Source: Spirochaetales bacterium
GTDB lineage: Bacteria; Spirochaetota; Spirochaetia; DSM-27196; SLAA01
Reading direction: 5' to 3'
DNA length: 36,192 nucleotides
Assembly: GCA_007126415.1 (NCBI GenBank)
Contig: SLBH01000010.1
Location: 1 to 36,192 of the forward strand
Below the pieces are notes generated by a model that saw only the letters and a program-made list of their open reading frames with translations, did no database searches and was not told the DNA's origin. The stretch's first letter is position 1; every line of letters starts with the position of its first letter. Positions 10,805 through 19,332 of this stretch are shown here, piece by piece. The translations under genes and the position numbers were made by a program.

Positions 10805-11249
10805 GTTTCGTTTTCGACTCGAGCGGATTCTCTCGATACGACGGCACAAAACCAAGGAAGCCGAGATTGAGCTCGCACGTGTCGATGGGGAGTGCCTGCA
10901 GCTCGAGCGCCGGATACAGGAGCTACAGGAGGAGCGCCGCGCGGTATACCACGGCGGCCTTGGCGCCGATCTCGAGTTTCGTGTTGCTCAGGCGGCGTAC
11001 ATTGAGCGCCTCGGCGCAGCGCTCGAGGAGTCCGGGCGTCGTTTGGATGAGCGGGCCGCCGAGCGCGAGCGCCTGCGTGAGAGCTATCGCGAACTCGCTC
11101 GCGAGGAGCAGGTGCTCGATAAGCTACGCGAGCGTCGTGCCGATGAGCACTATCGCGCCGAGCGGGCGGATGAGCTTTCCGAGATGAACGAAATCGGGGT
11201 GAACATTACCGCAAGGCGGAATAAAAACCGAGGAACTCCGCCGAAGTAG
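10797..11249 (+). CDS. fliJ: Flagellar export chaperone/stalk protein FliJ
   Basis: 150-aa Arg/Glu-rich all-helical protein (MREFRFRLERILSIRRHK...). The ATG overlaps the fliI stop by 8 nt. Position and composition fit FliJ. Confidence 0.78.
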   Translation: MREFRFRLERILSIRRHKTKEAEIELARVDGECLQLERRIQELQEERRAVYHGGLGADLEFRVAQAAYIERLGAALEESGRRLDERAAERERLRESYRELAREEQVLDKLRERRADEHYRAERADELSEMNEIGVNITARRNKNRGTPPK

Positions 11250-11265
11250 GAACGTAGGAGCGCGT

Positions 11266-11889
11266 ATGCCTGAGTATAGACGCTTTGGACCATTGTTACA
11301 GATTCTGATGCTCGTGTTGTTGGTGGCGGTGCTGACGACCGGTGGAGCATTGTGGTTCGATTACCTCGGCGTCATCGATACCGGTCGTACCTTCGCACCG
11401 ATCCTCCGACTGGTGGGCATCGATCGTCGTCCGCCGGTTGAGGATCTGGAAGATCCCGGTCTCCTCGAGGCCGAGCGAGCCGAGCTACAAGCCGAAGCCT
11501 TGGCGTTGCGCGAAGAGGAGCTCGAGGAGCGCCGGCGTGAGCTCGAGCAGGAACGTGCCGAGGTTGAGCGGCTGCGTGAAGAACTCGAGACTCGAGAGCA
11601 AGAAATCGAAGATCGTGAATTTTCATTTAATGAGCGGGTCCGGCAGTACGAGAATAGAAGGGAGGCTGTGATTCAGAACTCGCGGGATCTGACCAACATA
11701 CCGCCGGATCAGGCGGTGCAGATTCTTGAGAGTTATGACGATCAGGACTTAGTCGACCTGTTCCGGGTCACCGAGGAGCTTGCTCAGGAAGAGGGCGCCT
11801 TCTCGTTCGTATCGCTCTGGCTGGCTCAGATGCCGCCGGATCGAGCGGCCGAGATTCAACGTAAGATGACGGTGAGGGCGGAACAGTGA
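11266..11889 (+). CDS. flbB: FlbB-like flagellar collar protein (TM + coiled coil + MgtE-N/MotE-like domain; YlxF position)
   Basis: 207 aa. N-terminal TM (LLQILMLVLLVAVLTTGGALWF), an ELQAEALALREEELEERRRELEQERAEVERLREELE coiled coil, then ...PPDQAVQILESYDDQDLVDLFRV...LAQMPPDRAAEIQRKM. AGGAG RBS. It occupies the same slot as Borrelia flbB and Bacillus ylxF. Confidence 0.6.
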   Translation: MPEYRRFGPLLQILMLVLLVAVLTTGGALWFDYLGVIDTGRTFAPILRLVGIDRRPPVEDLEDPGLLEAERAELQAEALALREEELEERRRELEQERAEVERLREELETREQEIEDREFSFNERVRQYENRREAVIQNSRDLTNIPPDQAVQILESYDDQDLVDLFRVTEELAQEEGAFSFVSLWLAQMPPDRAAEIQRKMTVRAEQ

Positions 11890-11904
11890 CGTGGAGGAGC
11901 CTGC

Positions 11905-13959
11905 GTGCTGCAACAGTATCAGTTTGGGCAGTCCGGACAGTTCGCGAGGACCGCAGATCGCGGAACCACTCAGTTGTCCGATCTCGCTGCTCAGAGGGGG
12001 CCCGGGAGTATCGGGCATTCCGCCCGCTTCAGCAATCCCGCCCCGCGCTCGGAGAGTCAACCCACCGATCTCTTCTCTTCTGAGCTCGATCGCGCGCTGT
12101 TCCCGGCGCCTGGTGAGCGCCGCGGCGGACCCGCGCTAACCAACCCATCCGAGATTCTTCAACGACTGGGATTAGATCGAAGCGGCGTGGGCCACCGCGC
12201 GGTGCAACGCACCGCCGTCCGGCTCGTCGACAGCATGCACGAGCTCGACGCCGGAATCGAGGACCGCATTCGTGCGCGACTGCGGGCGCTCGAGGACGAC
12301 CGCAGCAGGGCGGCGCACGAGGCCGAGGAACGCTCGCGGAACGCCGAGCGCGCCCGAGCCGCCCAGGACGAAGAACAGGAAGAACGCGCACGGAGCGCCG
12401 AGCGCGCCGCGCGGCAGTTTCGGGATGTAATCGCGGGGCTCCTTGCGCGGCTCGACCGGGACAGCGGCGATGAGAGCGCCGAGCAACTCGCTACACGCGA
12501 GCGGCCCGATGCCGCGCAGTCGCCCGACCGTCGGGCCGTCGCCGATGCCGCCGCGGCGGCGCGGGCTGCGGAGTTCACCGAAACCGGCGAACGCGATGAC
12601 ACCGCCGAGCTCGATCTCGAAGCACTCGAGCAACTGCTGCGTCTCATTCAAACTCAACAAGGCCGAGAGGGCCGAGATGCGGGCCCCAACGTGGTGACGC
12701 TCGACGCCGGAGCCGGTGAGCGCGGTGTGCGCCTAGAAGCGTTCTCGGAGTTATTCGAAGGCGTCTTCAATGCGCGCGAATCGGCGGCGCAGACCGAGCA
12801 GAGCGGAGACACCGAACGGTTGCAGGCCCTGCGTCAGCTGCTCGCCTCGATTGAACGCGTTCTCGGAACGTCGGCGGGAGAAGAGCAGGCCGGCGTGCGA
12901 GCGACCCGAACGGACGCTTCCGAGACCGCTTCACAGGAGCGCACGGCGCTGCTGCGTCTGATCGACGGTGACGCGAGCGCCCGCGGTGAAGGTGAGCAAG
13001 GCGCAACGGAGGGCTCCGCGCGAAACGCGCGTGCCGAAACGCTCAACCTCGAGCGAATCGCCGAGCTCGTGAAACGCTTGCGCGAGGACGGGGCAGGAAG
13101 CGAGGAGCGCGTGCAGTCTGAAGCGGTCGCTCGTCTGCGCGCTGCTCTCGAACGCAAGGACGGCGCCCAAGACGACACCGAGCGCAAGATCGCGCGGATG
13201 GCCGATCGTGAAAGCGAGCGCGAGGAAGCGGGTGGCGATCGCCGGGTTCGCGTGCGCGATCTGCGCTCGCGCGGGGAAGCGCGAGGCGATACTCGCGGCG
13301 AGGCACGCTCGCAGGCGCGCGAAGAGCGTGCCGAGGGTGCACGGGGCGCACGCGCGGCCGCCGAGGGCGCCGGCCGCGCCTCGGGCGGGCGGGGCGAAGC
13401 CGGTAGAAGCGAGTTTCGCCTAGAGCGTACGGAAGGCGGTGACACCGCCGCCGACCGTGCCGCGGGGCTCCGCTCCGGCGAAGCCGCTGCCGCAACGCGG
13501 CAGGCGCCGCTCACGCGTTTCGGAGCGCAGCAGCAGGCCGAGGCGCAACTCGCGCGCCACATCCGAAACGAACTTCCGGAGCAGGTGCTGAAGCAGGCGC
13601 GAATGGTGATCCGGGGCGATAACGACGGTGAGATGCGCCTCAGCCTGAACCCTCCGGAGCTCGGAGGCGTGCGGGTGCGCATGCAGATACAGGACAACCT
13701 AATCGCGGTGCGCTTTATTGTCGAGAATAATAGCGTGCGCGATGTATTCGAGCAGAACATGCCGAGCCTGCAACAGCAGCTGGCCGAGAACGGGTTCGAG
13801 AACGCCGGGATCGAGGTTTCGGTCGGCGGCAACTCGGATGCCAACCAGGAAGGCCACGCGACCGGCGAGGGCGGTCGCGGACTCGAGGAACTCGATGCCG
13901 GCGTGCCTACGGCGACCGAGTCATATAGAGAAGAAACGCGCATCGATTTGATGGTGTAA
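11905..13959 (+). CDS. fliK: Flagellar hook-length control protein FliK (Tap1-like), unusually long
   Basis: The C-terminal Flg_hook/T3S4 domain reads GEMRLSLNPPELGGVRVRMQIQDNLIAVRFIVENNSVRDVFEQNMPSLQQQLAENGFENAGIEVSVGG. GGAGGAG lies about 5 nt upstream of GTG 11905. The central roughly 400 aa are Arg/Glu/Ala-rich low complexity. Confidence 0.85.
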   Translation: MLQQYQFGQSGQFARTADRGTTQLSDLAAQRGPGSIGHSARFSNPAPRSESQPTDLFSSELDRALFPAPGERRGGPALTNPSEILQRLGLDRSGVGHRAVQRTAVRLVDSMHELDAGIEDRIRARLRALEDDRSRAAHEAEERSRNAERARAAQDEEQEERARSAERAARQFRDVIAGLLARLDRDSGDESAEQLATRERPDAAQSPDRRAVADAAAAARAAEFTETGERDDTAELDLEALEQLLRLIQTQQGREGRDAGPNVVTLDAGAGERGVRLEAFSELFEGVFNARESAAQTEQSGDTERLQALRQLLASIERVLGTSAGEEQAGVRATRTDASETASQERTALLRLIDGDASARGEGEQGATEGSARNARAETLNLERIAELVKRLREDGAGSEERVQSEAVARLRAALERKDGAQDDTERKIARMADRESEREEAGGDRRVRVRDLRSRGEARGDTRGEARSQAREERAEGARGARAAAEGAGRASGGRGEAGRSEFRLERTEGGDTAADRAAGLRSGEAAAATRQAPLTRFGAQQQAEAQLARHIRNELPEQVLKQARMVIRGDNDGEMRLSLNPPELGGVRVRMQIQDNLIAVRFIVENNSVRDVFEQNMPSLQQQLAENGFENAGIEVSVGGNSDANQEGHATGEGGRGLEELDAGVPTATESYREETRIDLMV

Positions 13960-13977
13960 TACAAGGAGTATCCGCAG

Positions 13978-14412
13978 ATGGAACTTAATCCTACGATGGG
14001 CGGCAGCGAGCTGTCGCGTTTGAAATCGCAGATCGAGCAGTACAATCAGAGCCTGCACGAGGAACGGGCGCCGAAACAGGAGCTCGGACGCGACGACTTT
14101 TTGAAGATTCTCATCACCCAGTTGCAGAATCAGGACCCTACCGCTCCGATGGAGGACAAAGAGTTTATCGCGCAGATGGCGCAGTTCTCCTCGCTCGAGC
14201 AGATGACCAATATCTCGGACGAGTTCCGGCGGCTTGCGTCTCTTGTGAACTCCGGTCATGCGGCGCAACTCGTCGGTAAGACCGTTGAGGTCCAGCAGGG
14301 TGAGAGCGTTGTTGAGGGTGTAGTTGAGCAGGTTACCACCGGCGAGTTCCCGCAGGTGAAGCTCAACGACCGGTTTTATGACTACGAAGACGTTGTCCGC
14401 ATTAGTAGGTAA
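13978..14412 (+). CDS. flgD: Flagellar hook assembly (capping) protein FlgD
   Basis: 144 aa with the FlgD signature DDFLKILITQLQNQDPTAPMEDKEFIAQMAQFSSLEQM. AAGGAG RBS. Confidence 0.92.
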   Translation: MELNPTMGGSELSRLKSQIEQYNQSLHEERAPKQELGRDDFLKILITQLQNQDPTAPMEDKEFIAQMAQFSSLEQMTNISDEFRRLASLVNSGHAAQLVGKTVEVQQGESVVEGVVEQVTTGEFPQVKLNDRFYDYEDVVRISR

Positions 14413-14426
14413 GGGGGCGTAACGAT

Positions 14427-15836
14427 ATGATGCGATCGCTGTACTCCGGTGTCTCCGGGCTTCAGAATCACCAGACAAGAATGGACGTGATCGGTAACAA
14501 TGTCTCGAACGTCAACACGACCGGATTCAAGCGCGGGCGGGTGAACTTCCAGGACATGATCTATCAAATGACGCAGGGTCCGGCGCGCCCGCGAGAGCAG
14601 GTTGGGGGTATCAACCCTCAGCAAGTTGGTCTCGGCATGCAGGTGGGTTCGGTGGATACCATCCATACGCAAGGCTCGCTGGAAACCACAGGCGTTCGGA
14701 GCGATCTCGCACTGCAGGGCAACGGCTTCTTCGTGATGCGCGACGGCGACCAGCGGCTCTACACGCGTGACGGCTCGTTCAACGTCGACTCGGAAGGCAT
14801 TCTCGTCAATCCGGCGAACGGCATGCGAGTGCAAGGGTGGCAGGCCGAAACCGAGGACGGCCAAACCGTAATCAACACCGCCGGTCAGATCGGTGACCTG
14901 CAGATCCCGATCGGGGGCAAGGACCCGGCTCAGCAGACCAGCGAGGTGTACCTCGCGAGCAATCTCAACAAGATGACGCCGGTGATTCCCGAGGACGCCG
15001 GCGCCGAGCAGGTGCGCGAGGGGACATGGGTCGTTGAGCAGGATATCTACAACTCCTTCGGCGGTACGCATACCCTGCGCGTAGAGTTCACGCGCGTGCC
15101 CGATGAAGAGAATCAGTGGCTCACTACGGTGCAAATAGACCCCGAGGGCGATGAAGAGGTGGAGCAAAACATCTCGGTCGGCGGGGTAACCAGTGCCGAC
15201 GGGCAGAGTTTCATCCTTGAGTTCGACAACGACGGTACGCTACGGCGGGCTTTTAACCCCGAGGGTGGTATGATGGATACCGATGAGGTGTTCGTGAATC
15301 TCGAGTTTGAGGTCCCCGAAACCTCGATCCCGGAGGACGAGGATACCGGGCTGCCGGGTGAAGTGGTCACGCAAGACTTCAACTTGAATCTCGGCCAGGT
15401 CGGGGCGTTTACCGATTCCATGACACAGTACGCTTCCCAGAGTTCAACGAAGGTGTTCAGCCAGAACGGAAACCCGATGGGGTATCTCGAGGACTATCGC
15501 ATCGACCAGTCGGGAACGATCACCGGCGTGTTCTCGAACGGAACCAACCGTGAGCTCGGCCAGGTGGCACTGGCGTCGTTCACGAACGTAGGCGGTCTCG
15601 AGAAGAGCGGAGAGAACAACTACCGCGAATCAATTAACTCGGGGCTCGCCGATATTACTCCCGCCGGCGTTGCCGGCAAGGGCTCGGTTATTTCCGGCGC
15701 ATTGGAGATGAGCAACGTAGACCTGTCGCAGGAGTTCACCGATATGATCGTAACGCAACGAGGCTTCCAGGCCAACTCGCGCACGATTCAGACGGCGGAC
15801 CAGATGCTTCAGGAGGTCTTAACACTCAAGCGCTAA
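14427..15836 (+). CDS. flgE: Flagellar hook protein FlgE
   Basis: 469 aa. The N-terminus reads MMRSLYSGVSGLQNHQTRMDVIGNNVSNVNTTGFK. The C-terminus reads LEMSNVDLSQEFTDMIVTQRGFQANSRTIQTADQMLQEVLTLK. Confidence 0.95.
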   Translation: MMRSLYSGVSGLQNHQTRMDVIGNNVSNVNTTGFKRGRVNFQDMIYQMTQGPARPREQVGGINPQQVGLGMQVGSVDTIHTQGSLETTGVRSDLALQGNGFFVMRDGDQRLYTRDGSFNVDSEGILVNPANGMRVQGWQAETEDGQTVINTAGQIGDLQIPIGGKDPAQQTSEVYLASNLNKMTPVIPEDAGAEQVREGTWVVEQDIYNSFGGTHTLRVEFTRVPDEENQWLTTVQIDPEGDEEVEQNISVGGVTSADGQSFILEFDNDGTLRRAFNPEGGMMDTDEVFVNLEFEVPETSIPEDEDTGLPGEVVTQDFNLNLGQVGAFTDSMTQYASQSSTKVFSQNGNPMGYLEDYRIDQSGTITGVFSNGTNRELGQVALASFTNVGGLEKSGENNYRESINSGLADITPAGVAGKGSVISGALEMSNVDLSQEFTDMIVTQRGFQANSRTIQTADQMLQEVLTLKR

Positions 15837-15856
15837 AACGGTAGGATTTAAATTCG

Positions 15857-16057
15857 ATGATTAAGGTTACGCGGCTCGGGGGGTCCGATACCTACTATGT
15901 AAACCCGCACCAGATCGAGTACATCGAAACCAACCCCGATACAACGCTGGTGATGCTCTCGGGTAAACGCCTGATCGTCGCGGAGGACTTCCAAACTTTG
16001 TTTAACGAGATTATCGCCTACCGCCGGCTGATCGGTGCATTTAAGAACGAGGAGTAG
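15857..16057 (+). CDS. flbD: Flagellar protein FlbD
   Basis: 66 aa. MIKVTRLGG..YYVNPHQIEYIE..PDTTLVMLSGKRLIV matches the FlbD family pattern. It sits immediately upstream of motA. Confidence 0.85.
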   Translation: MIKVTRLGGSDTYYVNPHQIEYIETNPDTTLVMLSGKRLIVAEDFQTLFNEIIAYRRLIGAFKNEE

Positions 16058-16060
16058 GGT

Positions 16061-16846
16061 ATGGATCTCAGTACCATTATTGGCGTAGGCGCCGGCTTTT
16101 TGATGGTGTTCGTCGGAATCATCATCGGCGGTGCAGGGCTCGGTGTCTATGCCAGCCCGGAATCGGTGCTGATTGTGTTCGGCGGCTCGTTCGGCGCGAT
16201 GATGGTTGCAAACCCGTTGTCGCGCATGCTCGGTATCATGCGCTACGTCAGTCACGCGCTGCGAACCTCCGACTGGCGCGAGCAGCAACTCATCAACGAG
16301 CTTGTCGGGTTCTCGGATCGCGCCCGCCGCGAAGGTCTGCTGGCTCTCGAGGACAACCTCGACCAGGTTGAAGACGAGTTCATGCGCAAGGGCGTGCAGC
16401 TGGTTGTAGACGGCACCGACCCGGAGATTATCAAGAGCATCCTCTACAACGATCTCAATCAGTTGCAGGAGCGCCACGATACCGGTATCAAGCTGTTCGA
16501 GGACTGGGGCAAGATCGCTCCGGCGTTCGGGATGATCGGAACGCTGGTGGGGTTGGTCGCGATGCTCGTGAACATCGGCGCCGACCCCGAGATCATCGGG
16601 CGCGGTATGTCGACGGCGCTGATCACGACTCTGTACGGGTCGTTCTTTGCGAACCTGATTCTGATACCGCTGAAAAGCAAGCTCGAGGACCGCGACAAAG
16701 ACGAAACGCGCGCGAAGGAGATCGTGATAGAAGGAATCCTCTCGATTCAGTCCGGCGACAACCCGCGTATTCTGCTTGAGAAGCTCGTATCGTTCTTGCC
16801 GCCGCGTGAGCGCGAGGCGATGCGTCAAGAGTCCGGCCGGGCGTAA
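16061..16846 (+). CDS. motA: Flagellar stator protein MotA
   Basis: 261 aa polytopic membrane protein with MotA/TolQ/ExbB motifs APAFGMIGTLVGLVAML and TTLYGSFFANLILIPL. GAGGAG RBS. Confidence 0.93.
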   Translation: MDLSTIIGVGAGFLMVFVGIIIGGAGLGVYASPESVLIVFGGSFGAMMVANPLSRMLGIMRYVSHALRTSDWREQQLINELVGFSDRARREGLLALEDNLDQVEDEFMRKGVQLVVDGTDPEIIKSILYNDLNQLQERHDTGIKLFEDWGKIAPAFGMIGTLVGLVAMLVNIGADPEIIGRGMSTALITTLYGSFFANLILIPLKSKLEDRDKDETRAKEIVIEGILSIQSGDNPRILLEKLVSFLPPREREAMRQESGRA

Positions 16847-16870
16847 CCGGCGTGCAGAGGAGGTGCCGAT

Positions 16871-17617
16871 ATGGCCCCTGAGCAGAAGAAGCGTCAACGG
16901 AAGAAGGTAGGCGGGGGTGGAGTGCCCGAGTATATGCTTACCTACGGAGACATGGTCACGCTGTTGCTGACCTTCTTTGTGCTGTTGCTCACCGTCGCCG
17001 AGATCGACGGGTACGAGCTGCGGCTGGTGCTCGCGGCGTTCCCGGGACTCGGCATTCAAACCGGTGGGCAGACGCTCCAAGAGGGCCGCCTCGCCGAGCT
17101 CGGGAACACGCTCGAGTCCTTGCCGTCGATGGACCGTGGGCGGCAACTCGATAGAGCCCGCCAGACGGCGGTTTCGCTGTTCCAGCCCGAGATCCGCAGC
17201 CAACAGGTGCGGGTTACCGAGGACGAGCGCGGCTTGATCATCTCGCTCGGCGCCGATGCGTTCTTCCGCACTGCGAGCGCCGAGGTAGACATAGAGCGCG
17301 CGCGCAGTGTACTGCAGCGGCTGGCTCAGCTGCTCAGCTCCGAGCAGCTCGGGGATCGGCTGTTTCGCATCGAGGGGCATACCGACAACATCCCGACCGA
17401 TCCCGACGGGCAGTGGCCCACAAACTGGGAGCTCTCGGTAGATCGCTCGCTGTCGGTGTTTCGTTATCTGTTGGATTTTGCCGGGCGTGATATTGAGGAC
17501 CAGTTTCAGATTATGGGGCTCGGTGAGCAGCGCCCGTTGTTCGACAACGATACGCCCGAAGGGCGAGCGTACAACCGACGCGTCGACGTCATTATTCTCA
17601 GCGAGGGGCATCTCTAA
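16871..17617 (+). CDS. motB: Flagellar stator protein MotB (OmpA-like)
   Basis: 248 aa. Basic N-terminus plus a TM carrying the conserved Asp (YMLTYGDMVTLLLTFFVLL). C-terminal OmpA-like peptidoglycan-binding domain (IEGHTDNIP...NWELSVDRSLSVFRYL...NRRVDVII). Confidence 0.93.
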   Translation: MAPEQKKRQRKKVGGGGVPEYMLTYGDMVTLLLTFFVLLLTVAEIDGYELRLVLAAFPGLGIQTGGQTLQEGRLAELGNTLESLPSMDRGRQLDRARQTAVSLFQPEIRSQQVRVTEDERGLIISLGADAFFRTASAEVDIERARSVLQRLAQLLSSEQLGDRLFRIEGHTDNIPTDPDGQWPTNWELSVDRSLSVFRYLLDFAGRDIEDQFQIMGLGEQRPLFDNDTPEGRAYNRRVDVIILSEGHL

Positions 17618-17652
17618 GTGCCGCTCGCCGTGCTGTGGGGGAGGAATCCGCG

Positions 17653-18228
17653 ATGTCGGATGAAGATCTTTTTAGTGAAGACGAAGAAGTAATATCCGGC
17701 GATCAGGAGGGCGGCGGCGGTCGTAGACGCATCGGGCTCGTTCCCGGGATCGTGATTCAGGTGCTCAAGTGGACCGGCGTGATCCTCGGTGCAATTATCT
17801 TCATCGTGACGGTTGTGGTGATCACGATGAACATCATGCTCGACCGGCGTCCCGAGGCGCAGACGCGCGTGCCGCAGACCGAGGCGTACCAACCGCGTAG
17901 GCCGCCGATGGACTGGTACGCGGTGATGGGTGAGGGCGAAACGCTGCGGGGAAGCACCGACGATCAGCCGCGGCGCACCTTCATCGTGCGACCCCATATC
18001 GGCTATCCGCAAGACGCGGGCGCGCTGCTGTCGGAGTTAACCGCGCGACGCATAGAGATACGCGAGATCATCAGTTTGTATTTCAGTTCGCGCAGCGCGA
18101 ACGAGTTGCAGGGAGCCGAAAACCGCGAGCGAGTGAAACGAGAGCTGCGGAGCAAGGTCAACGACATTCTCATAGAGGGCCGCGTACAGGAGGTGGCGTT
18201 CGACGAGTATCAAATTGTCGAATTCTGA
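17653..18228 (+). CDS. fliL: Flagellar basal-body-associated protein FliL
   Basis: Single TM (VLKWTGVILGAIIFIVTVVVI) followed by a FliL-type C-terminus (REIISLYFSSRSANEL...RVKRELRSKVNDIL..GRVQEVAFDEYQIV). ATG 17653 lies about 7 nt after GGGGGAGGA. The ORF track opens at GTG 17635. Confidence 0.85.
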   Translation: MSDEDLFSEDEEVISGDQEGGGGRRRIGLVPGIVIQVLKWTGVILGAIIFIVTVVVITMNIMLDRRPEAQTRVPQTEAYQPRRPPMDWYAVMGEGETLRGSTDDQPRRTFIVRPHIGYPQDAGALLSELTARRIEIREIISLYFSSRSANELQGAENRERVKRELRSKVNDILIEGRVQEVAFDEYQIVEF

Positions 18229-18248
18229 TACTTATTGCAGAATCGCCG

Positions 18249-18277
18249 TTGCATAAGCGGCGAAAATGTGAGAAAAT
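18249..18277 (+). promoter_or_regulatory. Candidate internal sigma-70-like promoter in the AT-rich fliL-fliM spacer
   Basis: TTGCAT (18249-18254), a 17-nt spacer, then GAAAAT (18272-18277). It lies in the only conspicuously AT-rich intergenic stretch of the operon and is preceded by a small 5-bp hairpin, cgccg(18244-48)/cggcg(18258-62). The match is weak. Confidence 0.25.
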
Positions 18278-18304
18278 TTGACCCGGACGAGGGGAGCTAT
18301 TTGA

Positions 18305-19330
18305 ATGACCGAGGTACTGTCTCAGGACGAGATCGATCAGCTGTTGACCGCGATCTCATCGGGTGATGTAGAAACCGAGGAGATCACCCAACCCGCGGAT
18401 CAGCGCAAGATCAAGATCTACGACTTCAAACGTCCCGACAAGTTCTCGAAGGAGCAGATCCGCACGGTCTCGATCATGCACGAGACCTTTGCGCGCCTGA
18501 CCACCACCAGCTTGAGCGCTCAGCTTCGCAGCTTGGTGCAGGTCCATGTCGCATCGGTTGATCAGCTCACGTACGAAGAGTTCATTCGCTCCATCCCTAA
18601 CCCCACAACGCTTGCGGTCATCAACATGGACCCTCTCAAGGGCTCGGCAATTCTCGAGATAGATCCGGCTATCACGTTTTCAATCATAGATCGCCTGTTT
18701 GGTGGACAAGGCGAAGGAACCAAGGTCACCAGAGACTTAACCGATATCGAGGCTTCGGTGATGGAAGGCATCATCGTGCGCGTGCTCGGCAATATGCGCG
18801 AGGCCTGGAGCCAGGTTATCGACCTGCGCCCGCGGCTCGGTCAGATCGAGACCAACCCGCAGTTCGCCCAGATTGTGCCGCCCACCGAGATGGTGGTGCT
18901 CGTTACGCTTGAAACCAAGGTCGGCGAGGTCGAAGGTATGATGAACTTCTGTATACCGTACCTCACGATCGAGCCGATTATCTCTAAGCTTTCCGCCCAG
19001 TACTGGTACTCTTCGGTTCGCCGCGGCACTACTACCGAGAACCTCAACATTCTGCGCGAGCGGCTTTCCACGATTGCGGTTACCATGGTGGCCGAGATCG
19101 GGCAGCTTGACCTTACGGTACGCGAAGTGTTGTCGTTGCGCCCCGGCGACGTCATTCGGTTGCAGAACACCCGCACCACCGATCCCATGAGGCTTACAAT
19201 CGGAAACCGGCCGAAGTTTCTCTGCAAGCCCGGACAGATCGGCAAGAAGCTCGCCGTTCAGATTACCGAAAAACTTGAAGACATCGAGCAGGAAGACTTT
19301 GAAGAGTTGGCCGCTGAGGAAGGAGAATAG
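18305..19330 (+). CDS. fliM: Flagellar motor switch protein FliM
   Basis: 341 aa. N-terminal CheY-P binding peptide LSQDEIDQLL, middle domain with LFGGQGEG and a C-terminal SpoA/FliN-like domain. GAGGGGAG RBS. Confidence 0.95.
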   Translation: MTEVLSQDEIDQLLTAISSGDVETEEITQPADQRKIKIYDFKRPDKFSKEQIRTVSIMHETFARLTTTSLSAQLRSLVQVHVASVDQLTYEEFIRSIPNPTTLAVINMDPLKGSAILEIDPAITFSIIDRLFGGQGEGTKVTRDLTDIEASVMEGIIVRVLGNMREAWSQVIDLRPRLGQIETNPQFAQIVPPTEMVVLVTLETKVGEVEGMMNFCIPYLTIEPIISKLSAQYWYSSVRRGTTTENLNILRERLSTIAVTMVAEIGQLDLTVREVLSLRPGDVIRLQNTRTTDPMRLTIGNRPKFLCKPGQIGKKLAVQITEKLEDIEQEDFEELAAEEGE

Positions 19331-19332
19331 GT

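Noticed and set aside
15848-17611. 587-aa uninterrupted minus-strand ORF spanning flbD, motA and motB. Similar long antisense ORFs occur at 3359-4348, 4632-5897, 9425-10408, 12834-14045, 14382-15167, 18737-19510, 23624-24469, 25212-26252 and 30503-31516.
   Set aside because: flbD, motA and motB all start in the same frame (position mod 3 = 2), and the antisense ORF is codon-aligned with them. Stops in that antisense frame require the sense codons TTA, CTA or TCA, which are rare in a GC-rich genome. The translations are Arg/His/Leu/Gln-rich with no recognisable motifs, and each overlaps a confidently identified + strand gene. These are shadow ORFs, not genes.
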